NCBI GenBank assembly: GCA_963706445.1
Contig: OY970160.1
Location: forward strand, 1,632,001 to 1,696,000
Reading direction: 5' to 3'
Source: an uncultured Nitrososphaerales archaeon
GTDB taxonomy: Archaea; Thermoproteota; Nitrososphaeria; Nitrososphaerales; Gagatemarchaeaceae
DNA: 64,000 nt
Of the stretch, positions 10,536 to 20,296 are shown in pieces. Each line of letters begins with the position of its first letter. The first letter of the stretch is position 1. The position numbers and the translations under genes were made by a program. Under the pieces are notes generated by a model, which was not told the origin of the DNA, did no database searches, and saw only the letters and a program-made list of their open reading frames with translations.

Positions 10536-11369
10536 CTAGAGGTCGTCGACCTCGCGGTACCAAGGCTTTGAAGTCCCTACCGCGGCCCTGATCTTCCAGT
10601 CGGGTGTCTTCTGCTCAGCTTCGATGGCGCTTGTCAGTGCGTTGACCTTCCGGCCTATCGTCTCCCACTGCTCAGGGCTCAGCTTGTTCTCCTGCACCAG
10701 GCTTGGGCCCAGGTTCATCAGATGAGAAAGGTTGTTTGTAGCGTCGTACCAGAAACCCCAGTCGTTCGCAAGTACGCCTGCGATGTACTTCGCGTCGACC
10801 GCGTTTGGCTGCGCTCCCTGAGCTATGTCGTGACCCAGAAAGAGGACCATCAGATCGATGAGATCCTTCCTGTTGATCTGGTGGATCTGCAACTTTTCCA
10901 AAACTATGTCTGCGAGGGTCAGAGTGGGGTAGTCAAGCTGGAGTCGGGCGTGCCCTGGGTAGTCTCCGAACCTCAGGATGTGGCTAAACTCCAGTGTCTC
11001 GAAGAATACGTCTATCGGAAAGCGCGACTTCGGATGGAAGTAGACAAGCCTCCTGTCCCCGAACAACGCGTTGACCATTCTATCAGGTTTGAGGCCACAC
11101 CCTTTCTCAAGAATGTCCCGGATCTGTTTCCACTGCTTGTTGTACCCTATAAGATCCAAGTCGGTGAAGGGAGGCTTGCCATCACCCAGTCTTCCCAGGG
11201 TAAGTTGGAGCCTCTTGCACTCTTCGTTCTCGACCGAATGGGCGTATATCGCGAGGCCCCCCATGATCCTCAGGGTGATTTCCTTGGCTTCTGCTGCCTT
11301 GACGATCTCGATGGACTCGGCCAGGAGCTGTTCCGGGGGGATATTGACGGGGCTTCGCTCTAGGGACAA
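10536..11369 (-). CDS. Uncharacterised Pol-beta-like nucleotidyltransferase fold protein
   Basis: LRIMGGLA...TDLDLIG (GG...DxD), IDVF, LEKLQI...KDLID. Confidence 0.65.
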   Translation of the reverse strand: MSLERSPVNIPPEQLLAESIEIVKAAEAKEITLRIMGGLAIYAHSVENEECKRLQLTLGRLGDGKPPFTDLDLIGYNKQWKQIRDILEKGCGLKPDRMVNALFGDRRLVYFHPKSRFPIDVFFETLEFSHILRFGDYPGHARLQLDYPTLTLADIVLEKLQIHQINRKDLIDLMVLFLGHDIAQGAQPNAVDAKYIAGVLANDWGFWYDATNNLSHLMNLGPSLVQENKLSPEQWETIGRKVNALTSAIEAEQKTPDWKIRAAVGTSKPWYREVDDL

Positions 11370-11409
11370 ACCTGAAACGAGCTTCCCTTAGGGACGATAG
11401 AAAAGGGTT

Positions 11410-11811
11410 CTAACCAACGAACCTCAGCAGGAACTTTGTGAAGAATCCTCCACTGTTGACAATCTGCTGGGACATCTTGTTTAGCCGCACCAGGTAGGTA
11501 ACAGGCCCAGACACCTCGACCTTCCTCATGAAGAAGGCCTCGTCCTGCTTTAGTTCTCCCTTCATTATCTGTATGAACGACTCGCTGTCGGATCTTATCG
11601 TCGCGGTTGGGGATTCCTTCCTCCCGCCATGCACGGAGAGCTTGCCGCCATTAAAGTCGAGGAAGAACTCCCTGCCGTCGTCAATCTCGAATTGGATGGT
11701 GGTGTTGTCGGGCATCAACTCGTTGAGATCCTTCCTCCGGTTGGCGAGCACCACGAACATCTTGAGCGCCCGTTCAAGCCCGATGGCGGCCAATTGGAGC
11801 TGACTCGCCAC
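11410..11811 (-). CDS. SCP2 sterol-carrier-like domain protein
   Basis: TIQFEI...FFLDF...PTATIR...AFFMRKVEVSG pattern; start abuts the Mo-subunit stop. Confidence 0.75.
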   Translation of the reverse strand: MASQLQLAAIGLERALKMFVVLANRRKDLNELMPDNTTIQFEIDDGREFFLDFNGGKLSVHGGRKESPTATIRSDSESFIQIMKGELKQDEAFFMRKVEVSGPVTYLVRLNKMSQQIVNSGGFFTKFLLRFVG

Positions 11812-14190
11812 CTACTTGATTGCCTTGAGCACTTTCTCTGGAGTCATCGGCAGGGAAGTGACCCTGGCTTTGACAGCATCGGCGATGGCGTTGGCGACCG
11901 CAGGCGCAACGGGGACCAGGGCCGCCTCGGCGATCCCCTTCGCTCCGAATGGCCCGTTAGGGTCTCTCTTCTCGACGAAGATTACTTTGACCGGGGGCAT
12001 GTCAGGGGCCCTCAGGATGAAGTAGTCTCGGAAGTCCTTGACCAGGGTGACCCCCTTCTCGATTCGCATGTCCTCCCACAGGGCGAGGCCCAAGCCGTGG
12101 AGGACGGCGCCCTCGATCTGTCCCTCTGCGGTCGTAGGGTTGATGACCCTCCCCACATCGTGGGCCGCGACCAGGTTCAGGATCTTGACTTTGCCAGTCT
12201 CTGGATTGACCTCGACCTCGACCGCGTGGCAGGCGAAGGTGTAGGCGATGCTGGGACCGGGCTCTTTCCACATCCCGGTCTTCGGGTCGATGAGGGTCGA
12301 TGGGGTGTCGTAGATTCCGACTGTAATCAGGTTCTTCGGCTTCCCAGCGCCGTAGTAAGCATACTTGGCGACCTCGCGGAGGGTGACCTTGATGTCAGGG
12401 TCGCTCTTAGAGAAGACGACAGAGTTGCTCATGTCGAGATCTTCGGCTGGCAGGTTGAGCAGCTCCGAGGCCAGTGAAAAGATGTCTTCCTTCATCTTCT
12501 CCGCGGCTATGCAGACAGCGTTGCCCCCAGTGAAAGTTGACCTGCTGGCATAGGCGCCGAGGTCGAAGGCAGGCAGGTCAGTGTCACCGGCCACGACCCT
12601 GATCTCTTCGAACTTCGCCCCCAGGGCATCTGCGCAGATCTGAGCGAGAATCGTCCAGGCCCCTGTCCCCAGGTCTTGGGAGCCTGCGAATATCGTGACG
12701 CTCCCGTCGTCGTTAACCTTGAGTGTGCATGACGAGCCTTCGATGTTGCCGTAGGCCCCTCTCTCCCCCGTGCTGTGTATCAGGCATGCGAGGCCCAAGC
12801 CCCTGTTCGGCACCGGGTGTTGCTTCTTCTCGTACCAGCCGATTGCCTCGGTGGCCTTCTCGATGCACTCGGTGAGGGCTGCGCTCTGGGGCATCCTCCA
12901 GCCGTGCGCTGTAGTGTCACCAGGCCTGTTGGCATTAAGGAGACGAAGCTTGACCGGGTCAAGGCCGAGCCTCTCAGCGATCATGTCCATTTGGGACTCG
13001 ATGGCGAAGGACGCCTGGGGGTTACCGAAGCCCCTGTAGGCTGACGGCGGCTGCTTGTTGGTGTAGACCAGCTTCGCGTCGAACTTGACGGCCTTGGGTC
13101 TGTACAGGCTGGCGGACGGATAGCAGATGGCGAAGAATGCGACTGCGGCGCCCTGGCACATGTAGGCCCCCTTGTCTACGAGAATCTTCACTTCCCTGGC
13201 CATTATCTCCCCTGACTTCTTCAGACCGGTCTTGACGGTCATCCTGTACGGGTGGCGGCAGCCCGTCGCCATGAACTCCTCTTCCCTGGACAATATCAGG
13301 CTGACCGGAGCGCGGGCGACCTTCGAGAGCTGGGAGCAGATAATCATGAACGGCTCTAGTTCGTTCTTCGAGCCGAACGCACCTCCGACCCACTTGGAGA
13401 TCAGCCTAATCTTGCTCTCGGGCATGTCGAGGACCTTGGCCAGCTCGAGCCTGATTGTGTGAGGGGTCTGGACTCCGGACCAAACCGTCAGGTTCCCTTC
13501 GGAGTCCCATTTGCACACGCAGCCGTGGGTCTCCATGCACGCCTGGTGCTGGTGCTGCGTGCTGAAGGTGTCCTCGAAGACGTGGTCGGATTCCTTGAGG
13601 GCCCGGTCGAAGTCGCCCCAAGTCCCGTGGAGGTGAGCGGCAAGGTTGTCTTTGATCTCGTCATGGACCAAGGGCGCCTTGGGCTTGACGGCCTCGTCTA
13701 TCTCTGTCACGGCAGGGAGGGCCTCGTATTCGACCTCGATGAGCGACAGGGCCCTGATCGCCGTGTCCTCGTCAACCGCTGCGACCGCAGCGATCTCGTC
13801 CCCGATGAACCTGACCTTCCCTCTTGCCAGAGGATGTTTGTCGGCCCTCGGCGGAGGCATCAGACCTCTAAGCGCAGATTCACCGCCCTTCTCTGGAGGC
13901 ACCTTCCGTCCGTCCTCGAATTCAGCGAAGTTGAAGGTGTACCTTACCGGGATGTCCTCGCCGGTAAGCACGGCTCTCACACCCGGAAGAGCCCGGGCTT
14001 TCGCCGTGTTGACCTTCAGAATCTTCGCGTGTTGGAAGGGGCTGCGGAGGATTTTTCCAACAAGCTGACCTGGAAGATGGATATCGAGGCCGTATTCGGC
14101 CTCCCCGGTCACCTTGGCCCTGGCATCGATCTTCGGCACCCGCTTGCCGACTACAGTCTCAGCTATCTTCTCGATCGTTACCTGGCTCAT
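11812..14190 (-). CDS. Xanthine dehydrogenase family molybdopterin-binding (large) subunit
   Basis: KVTGEAEY, LRSPFQHA, VRFIGD, METH, VGGAFGSK, AYRGFG, GAYASR, GQIEGA, AKGIAE (catalytic Glu); ATG 14190 overlaps the upstream stop (ATGA). Confidence 0.93.
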   Translation of the reverse strand: MSQVTIEKIAETVVGKRVPKIDARAKVTGEAEYGLDIHLPGQLVGKILRSPFQHAKILKVNTAKARALPGVRAVLTGEDIPVRYTFNFAEFEDGRKVPPEKGGESALRGLMPPPRADKHPLARGKVRFIGDEIAAVAAVDEDTAIRALSLIEVEYEALPAVTEIDEAVKPKAPLVHDEIKDNLAAHLHGTWGDFDRALKESDHVFEDTFSTQHQHQACMETHGCVCKWDSEGNLTVWSGVQTPHTIRLELAKVLDMPESKIRLISKWVGGAFGSKNELEPFMIICSQLSKVARAPVSLILSREEEFMATGCRHPYRMTVKTGLKKSGEIMAREVKILVDKGAYMCQGAAVAFFAICYPSASLYRPKAVKFDAKLVYTNKQPPSAYRGFGNPQASFAIESQMDMIAERLGLDPVKLRLLNANRPGDTTAHGWRMPQSAALTECIEKATEAIGWYEKKQHPVPNRGLGLACLIHSTGERGAYGNIEGSSCTLKVNDDGSVTIFAGSQDLGTGAWTILAQICADALGAKFEEIRVVAGDTDLPAFDLGAYASRSTFTGGNAVCIAAEKMKEDIFSLASELLNLPAEDLDMSNSVVFSKSDPDIKVTLREVAKYAYYGAGKPKNLITVGIYDTPSTLIDPKTGMWKEPGPSIAYTFACHAVEVEVNPETGKVKILNLVAAHDVGRVINPTTAEGQIEGAVLHGLGLALWEDMRIEKGVTLVKDFRDYFILRAPDMPPVKVIFVEKRDPNGPFGAKGIAEAALVPVAPAVANAIADAVKARVTSLPMTPEKVLKAIK

Positions 14191-14655
14191 TTCAACCCTT
14201 CCTCCTTGGCCGCCATCACCGCTTCGACAATCTTGACGTAGCCTGTGCACCTGCAGAGGTTACCTCCCAGGGCCTTCCTGACCTCAGCCTCCGTCGCGTT
14301 CGGCTTGTGTTCCACGACGTATTTGCTGACCATGATGAACCCAGGCGTGCAGAATCCGCACTGCGCCGCTCCCTTCTCCATGAAGGTCCTCTGAATCGGG
14401 TCGAGATGACCAGCCCTCGCTAAGGCCCTCGAGGGTGACGATGCTCTTGCCTTCGGCCCAGCCGGCGAGGAGGCAGCAAGAGTACACCGGCTTGTCGTCG
14501 ACGAGGACTGTGCAGGCCCCGCATCCTCCCACGTCGCAGCCCTTCTTCACGCTCGTATATCCGCTTCTCCTCAGGACGTCGCGGAGATTCTCGTGTGGCT
14601 CCGCCTTCAGAATCGTCTTGAAGCCGTTAATCGTCATTTCTAGGTCCGTCCTCAA
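14187..14655 (-). CDS. [2Fe-2S] small subunit of XDH-family enzyme (one frameshift near 14420)
   Basis: CDVGGCGAC...C in ORF 14284-14655 and QCGFCTPG...CRCTGY in ORF 14187-14381; GHLDPIQRTF links them in the second frame. Confidence 0.9.
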
Positions 14656-14667
14656 GTCACTCCGAGC

Positions 14668-15555
14668 TTATTCGCCAACGTTCGCCAACGCCTTCTTCGC
14701 CAGATACTTCGTCAGGACGCGCCGGTATTCGTGCGATGCACGAAGGTCGGCCGATGGATCTATCTCCTTTGCTGCGGCCTCGCCGACTTTCGCGTACGAT
14801 TGTGCCTCCATCTTTGCGCCGCGCAGGGTCTTCTCTGCTTCTGGGAGCCTCCTTGCGGTCCTCCCGACTGAACCCACCGCTATCCTGCAGTCCTTGACCT
14901 TACCGCCATCATCCAGAAACACCGAGGCCGACATGCTGACAGTCGGGTAGTCGGCGGCCACGGTCTTCTCGGCCACGTAGATCGAAGCGCCTTTGCCTTC
15001 ACGAAGGGGAATCTGCACTTCTGTCAGGAACTCGTCGGGCTTATTTTGGTTATCAGGTAGTCTTCGTAGAGGCCCTCGACCGGGAGTATTCGCTCGCCCG
15101 AGCTGCCCAAGGAGTGCGACCTGCGCGTCGAGCGTCATCAGCACAGGGGGCATGCTGACGATGGGGACCGCCGAGCATATGTTCCCGGCGATGGTCGCAG
15201 CGTTTGCTACCTGTAGTGGGAAGGTGTCTACTGCCTCGGACACGGCCTGATAGTAGGGTTGATTCCTGAACAACGAGTGTTCGGACATGCTCGCCACGGT
15301 CGTCGAACCTCCGACCTTGATCCATTGACTGTCAGCCGTTATGTAGTCCAAGCCGACGCCCTTGATGTCAATCAGTTTCTTGACTTGAGGGAGAAATCCA
15401 AGGACGCCCATCTCGTGGATCGTTATGCCTGCTCCGACAACTCTGGCGGCATCACCGTACCGTTTGAGTAGAGCAACAACCTCATCCTTGCTCTTTGCTC
15501 GTATGTATTCGTCAGGTCTGAATTCCGAATAGGGTTTGACATAAACCCTAGTCAT
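14668..15555 (-). CDS. FAD-binding medium subunit of XDH-family enzyme (two compensating frameshifts ~15045-15110)
   Basis: QVANAATIAGN, IAVGSV, DLRASHEYRR; the segment GSSGERILPVEGLYEDYLITKI is in a shifted frame. Confidence 0.88.
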   Translation of the reverse strand: MTRVYVKPYSEFRPDEYIRAKSKDEVVALLKRYGDAARVVGAGITIHEMGVLGFLPQVKKLIDIKGVGLDYITADSQWIKVGGSTTVASMSEHSLFRNQPYYQAVSEAVDTFPLQVANAATIAGNICSAVPIVSMPPVLMTLDAQVALLGQLGRANTPGRGPLRRLPDNQNKPDEFLTEVQIPLREGKGASIYVAEKTVAADYPTVSMSASVFLDDGGKVKDCRIAVGSVGRTARRLPEAEKTLRGAKMEAQSYAKVGEAAAKEIDPSADLRASHEYRRVLTKYLAKKALANVGE

Positions 15556-15614
15556 TTGGAATTCGCAAGTCTTGAATGGATTTAAGTCTTGTCGCAAATT
15601 TCGCGACTGCATCG

Positions 15615-17459
15615 TCACTCTTCGTTGACGATCACTCTCACATATTTCATCAGGTCGACGTCTACCAAACCCGACTGCGTGATTTTCAGAGTCGGAATCA
15701 GTGGATACGTCATGAACATCAGTGTTAGGAAAGGAGACTTGAACCTGCACCCAAGACTTCGGAACGACTCGGTCGCCTTCTCCAGATTATTCGTGACCTT
15801 GTCGAGTGGATCCTCTGATATGAGCCCCAATATCGGAAGATGAAACTCTGCGATCACCTTCCCACCTGTGCAGATCACGAAGCCACCCTGCATAGCCCTG
15901 ACCTTGTTGATTGCGAACGCCACTTCGTCATCGGAGCAGCCGACCGCCACCAAGTACTCGGGGACCGGAGCAAAAGACTCGGCAACAGCTCCGTGGTCCA
16001 AGTCGAAGCCGCTGATGAAGCCGTTGCCTATCAGGTTGGAGCCGTACCTATCCACCACGCTGATCTTCAGGATGTCTTTCTCGGGGTCGGGGAGAACGAC
16101 TCCCCCTCCCACTTCAAGGGTTGCCATCCCTCTCCCGGAGATCAGGCTCCCCTCTCTGGCTTGGATGACGTTGACCGTGGCGTGTGACGCTCTCTTGTTT
16201 CTGGTACGGACAGCAAAATCAGCCCCCCCGAGCGTTGGTCTAATGCGTATGGTCCTTCGCATGAACTTCGGTTGCTTCGGCTGCTTCAACCGGTCGAGAA
16301 ATCTCCCTCCTTCGGCCACCACCTTGCCATTGGCGATAACGGTCTGCGCTCTGAAATCCGAAAGATCCTTCACTAACACGATGTCGGCTATCTTCCCGGC
16401 CGTTATGCTACCGATGTCATTGTCGACTCTGTAGTATTCTGCGGCGTTGATCGTGGCCATCTGTATGGCGGAAATTGGCGGAATTCCCATCCCCATTGCT
16501 TTCCGCACCTTGTAGTCCATGTGCCCCAGCGCCTTCAGTTCGAGGGCATCCACTTCGTCGGTACAGAACATGAATCTCCTGGTGTCCAAGCCTCGCTCTG
16601 TGACGGCGCGAAGCACGTTTCCCAGGTCTACTGCTGCTGAACCTTCCCTCGCAACAATCCGGACCCCTCGCCTTACCTTCTCTAACGCCTCGTAAGGGTC
16701 AACCGATTCGTGGTCGGATGTAGCGCCGAGCGAGAGCCAAGATGCGACCCTCGCCCCGTGGAACCCCACGTAGTGCCCTACAACTGTCTTCCTCAGCTTG
16801 ATTGTCTTCTCGATTAGGGCTCTGACATGAGGGTTGGATGCTGTCTGGGGTTGGACTTCCCCAAGGGCCACGGTGGCGTCCCAGTCGAGCATCTCCATCA
16901 GAGTCCGCCGGCTTGACCTTGCCGCTGTTGCCGAATGGGTCGTTCTGTACGTACGCCAGGAGCGGGACGTTGAACAGGACCTTCAGCGGTGTTCTGAGCG
17001 CCTCTGCCAGACCCGCCTCGACGGCCCTGGGCCCGGCCACCGCGCCGTATTCGTAGAAGTCGGAGGCTATGGCGGTGGTCCCTCTTGCCAGCAGGCTCAT
17101 GGCAAGGTTTGTCATGGTCAGGTAGGTGCCTGCCACGTGGTAGTGCACGTCGATGAGGCCAGGAGAGAGGAAAGCCCCCTCCGCGTTCACGACCTTGGTC
17201 TTCGAGGAAGTGAACTCCTTCGCGTCCTCTCCCACCACCGCTATTCTTGTCCCGAAGACAGGCGACATCGGCTTCGTAGATTTCCAGAGGAATGGACATT
17301 GACGAGCTTCCCACCCTTGATGATCAGGTCGGCCTTCAACCTGCCAGACTCCAGCAGGTCGACCAGCCGATGTCGTTCGCGAACTTCATTGAATCCTTCG
17401 TTGACGAGGTTCGTCGAGGGTTCGCGCCCCCTGGAGCCGGGTCCCTCCCTTGGGCCCAT
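15615..17459 (-). CDS. ade: Adenine deaminase family amidohydrolase (split by ~3 frameshifts)
   Basis: ADLIIKGGKLVNVH, PGLIDVHYH, SDHES, REGSAA, FCTDE, ATINAA..GSITAGKIAD, GAVAES, LPILGL across ORFs 17241-17459, 16699-17268 and 15615-16898. Confidence 0.85.
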
Positions 17460-17517
17460 GGGTGACTCGCTGGGGGATGGAGGAATTAAGCTGTAATCGT
17501 TCGGTCAGGGCCTTGTC

Positions 17518-17958
17518 TCAGAGATTCTGTTCGATGGCCTTCTGCAGGTCGGCGGGGATATTGGGCGAATGAATCACTCGGACTATCCACTTGAAGATAT
17601 CACGCTCCGTGGTTATGCCCACTAGCTGCCCGTTTTTCACCACCGGGAGCTGTCTGATCTTTTTATTGACCATGAGGTCCAGAGCGTCCCAGACCTTGGT
17701 GTCGGGGCTCACTGAGATTACGGGCCTGGAGGAGATTTCTCCAATCTTCAGTCGCATGTCTACCGACTTGTCCTTGGTGTACTTCCTTACGAAGTCGCGC
17801 TCGGTGACAATTCCCACAGGTTTCTTCCCTTCGACCACGACCACCGAACCGATGTCGTAGTTCGCCATCGCCTCAAGGGCCAGGCCCACGGTCCCGGTGG
17901 AGTCGACAGTCCGGACCGTTTTGCTCATGACTTCTGAGACGGAATCTTTGTCCGACAA
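17518..17958 (-). CDS. CBS domain pair protein
   Basis: IGSVVVV...GIVTERD and IRQLPVV...GITTERD; TTG start at 17958 with TATA ~17987-17993. Confidence 0.9.
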   Translation of the reverse strand: MSDKDSVSEVMSKTVRTVDSTGTVGLALEAMANYDIGSVVVVEGKKPVGIVTERDFVRKYTKDKSVDMRLKIGEISSRPVISVSPDTKVWDALDLMVNKKIRQLPVVKNGQLVGITTERDIFKWIVRVIHSPNIPADLQKAIEQNL

Positions 17959-18079
17959 ACTCTGTTGTTCGGTGCTTGGGGCCGGTCTATAAACGATAGG
18001 ACAATCTTCGGATGTCAAAAACCGGTTGCGCGGCGGTCAGCCCGCGTGAGGCGGCCGCCGTGCTCTCTCTCCGTCGATT

Positions 18080-19312
18080 CTAGTTTGTCAGCGGGAGGAC
18101 GGTCATCTCGTCGGAAGGCCACTTGGAGAGTATCTCGTACCCTCCTGAGGTCACCCGGATCATTTCCTCGATGCGGGTCCCACCGTCGTGCGGCCTGCCG
18201 TCCTGGGTCTCCACTGAGAAGGTCATGTTCTCCTCAATCTTCTGCGGGAACTCGAAGGAGAAGGCCCTGCTCACGTTTGGAGGCTCGTACAGGGACAGCC
18301 CGATGCCGTGGCCCCATTGGTTGGCGATGGCCTCCCACTCGCTCTTGTAGCCCCACTCCTTGGTGGAGTCAGGCCACTCCGCTGCGAGCTGGTCCGTCGT
18401 GGCTCCCGGCTTGATCTTTCTGATTGCGGCGTAGAGCCAGTCGTAGGTGCGCTTGTAGTAGTCCTTCATTCGCTGGCTCGGCGGTCCACAGCTGAAGACC
18501 CTGTACCAGTCTGCCAAGTAGCCGTTCCACGCGAGCCCTCCTATGTCGTAGTTGACGACTTCGTTGGGCCTCACCATCCTGTCGGTGTGGAACTTGAAGT
18601 TGGGCCACCCGTAGTGCCCGGAGGTGACGGTGAAACCGATGTTGTCGTCCGCTCCGAGGGCCCAGGCCACCTTCGACCCGTAGCCGACAAGTTCTCTTTC
18701 CGTTACTCCTGGCCTGATTTGTTTGGCGACCTCGTTGAAGACGGCCTCGGATATGGCGCAGGCGATCCTTAGGCACTCTATCTCGTCCTCGGTCTTGATC
18801 TTCCTGGCGTCGACCATGGCAGTCTGGGCGTCTACCGGGGTTATGCCGACGCTCTTGAGGCCTTGGACCGCGTAGAAGTCGTGGACGTCCATTCCGATCC
18901 GCCCGTTGATCTGTCCCCTAGCCTTGATCTCTTCTTTGATGTCTTCAGCCCAGCGCTTGGCGATGGTCTCGGGCCAGACTCCGGTGGAGCCTCTTAGCCA
19001 GACGATGGCCGACTTGATGTTGCCCTCCAACCATGGAGCCTCTTCGAGCATGGTGTACTTGATGTCCCCGTGCTCGTAGAGCAGTGGAATCTGGTCTCGT
19101 GTGACCACGGCGTACCTCCAGCCAGGCACACGGATCATCCATGGCGGCGTGGCGGTGCTTGTAGTGTATCTCACGTTCGCCAGGTCGAGGAGGATCATCG
19201 CATCGAGATCCTTCTCTTTCATTTGCTTCTTGGCGCGCTCCAGGCGCTCTTTCCTCATCCTCTCAATGTTGACCCCTATTCTCCAGTCGTAGGCGTTTCT
19301 TCCGAAAGACAT
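18080..19312 (-). CDS. M24 family (Xaa-Pro peptidase/creatinase-like) protein
   Basis: RKIKTEDEIE, YDIG..YLAD, GHGIGLSLYEPP, FSVET, RIEE metal-ligand motifs. Confidence 0.9.
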   Translation of the reverse strand: MSFGRNAYDWRIGVNIERMRKERLERAKKQMKEKDLDAMILLDLANVRYTTSTATPPWMIRVPGWRYAVVTRDQIPLLYEHGDIKYTMLEEAPWLEGNIKSAIVWLRGSTGVWPETIAKRWAEDIKEEIKARGQINGRIGMDVHDFYAVQGLKSVGITPVDAQTAMVDARKIKTEDEIECLRIACAISEAVFNEVAKQIRPGVTERELVGYGSKVAWALGADDNIGFTVTSGHYGWPNFKFHTDRMVRPNEVVNYDIGGLAWNGYLADWYRVFSCGPPSQRMKDYYKRTYDWLYAAIRKIKPGATTDQLAAEWPDSTKEWGYKSEWEAIANQWGHGIGLSLYEPPNVSRAFSFEFPQKIEENMTFSVETQDGRPHDGGTRIEEMIRVTSGGYEILSKWPSDEMTVLPLTN

Positions 19313-19413
19313 GACTCTTGAGCGGCCGTGTCATTGATTTAAGAGTTGATACGAAAGGTGAATCTTACCAGTTACCTTCGGGCCCCAGATTAGTCGGCAC
19401 CAACTAAATTTGG

Positions 19414-19731
19414 CTATTTGGATTTGTTTCGGAGCTTAAGCTCGACTGTGAACTCCCTTATCATTGAATCCAGAAACTTCGTGAACTCCTCTTCAGACTG
19501 GAACGCGACATGCTCGTTCTCGTCTATCTTCTTCTTGGCCGCAAGGAGAAATTCGTCCGTGTTGATGCACGGCACTTGTCGAGACGCGGTTGCGAGCCTG
19601 CTCAGGGCCTGCATGAGCCTGAGCGGCCCGTAGTGGGGAGGCTCGTCCAGACAACCTCGCGCGCTCGCGAGAAGGAACATCGCCAAATCATACACGTAAT
19701 CGTTGGGTCCCATCGAACCTTCCTCGGTCAT
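19414..19731 (-). CDS. Small helical protein, DUF6092-like
   Basis: SARGCLDEPPHYGPLRL motif; ATG overlaps the nitroreductase stop (ATGA). Confidence 0.65.
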   Translation of the reverse strand: MTEEGSMGPNDYVYDLAMFLLASARGCLDEPPHYGPLRLMQALSRLATASRQVPCINTDEFLLAAKKKIDENEHVAFQSEEEFTKFLDSMIREFTVELKLRNKSK

Positions 19732-20258
19732 GCTTCCCAAGTCCTGCCATACCTGTCGAGATAAATGGCGTCGGCGTCCGCCTTTGGCCTGACGGAGGGG
19801 GGCAGCTCCTTCTTGGGGTACCCCAGCTGGACCATGATTTCGGTCCTGCAGTTCGCCGGTATATCGAGAATCTCTTTCAGGCCCTCCTCTGAATAGGATT
19901 TCGCAAGACATGCACCCAGGCCTAGGTCCACAGCAGCTAACAAGACGTTCTCCGCAGCTGCACCCGCGTCCATGGGCGAGCAGATGGCACCCAGCCTGCC
20001 GAGTTGCTTCGCCGAGTCAAGGTCGGTAATCATGATTATGAGCGCGGTCGGGGACCCTCTGATGCCAGGCGAGACCTGCTTGACCAGCTTTATCGTTGCG
20101 GGGTTGTTCACCACGAGAATTCTCCTGTAAGGCGCGTTGCCCGACGTCGGTGCCCTCCTAGCCGCATAGACCAGCTTCTTCAGAATATCTTCTGGCACGG
20201 GCGCCGTTGTGAAATCCCTGACTGCTCTGCGTCTTTGCAGCGCCTCGAAGAGTTCCAT
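19728..20258 (-). CDS. Nitroreductase family flavoprotein
   Basis: RRAVRDF, APTSGN, DAGAAAENVLLAAVDLGLGAC, LGYP. Confidence 0.92.
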   Translation of the reverse strand: MELFEALQRRRAVRDFTTAPVPEDILKKLVYAARRAPTSGNAPYRRILVVNNPATIKLVKQVSPGIRGSPTALIIMITDLDSAKQLGRLGAICSPMDAGAAAENVLLAAVDLGLGACLAKSYSEEGLKEILDIPANCRTEIMVQLGYPKKELPPSVRPKADADAIYLDRYGRTWEA

Positions 20259-20296
20259 TTGGAGGTTTCTGCACAGGCTCCTAGATGTGGCTATCC

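Noticed and set aside
11812-14190. Aerobic CO dehydrogenase (CoxL)
   Set aside because: The active-site loop is AYRGFG, not AYxCSFR (form I) or AYxGAGR (form II)
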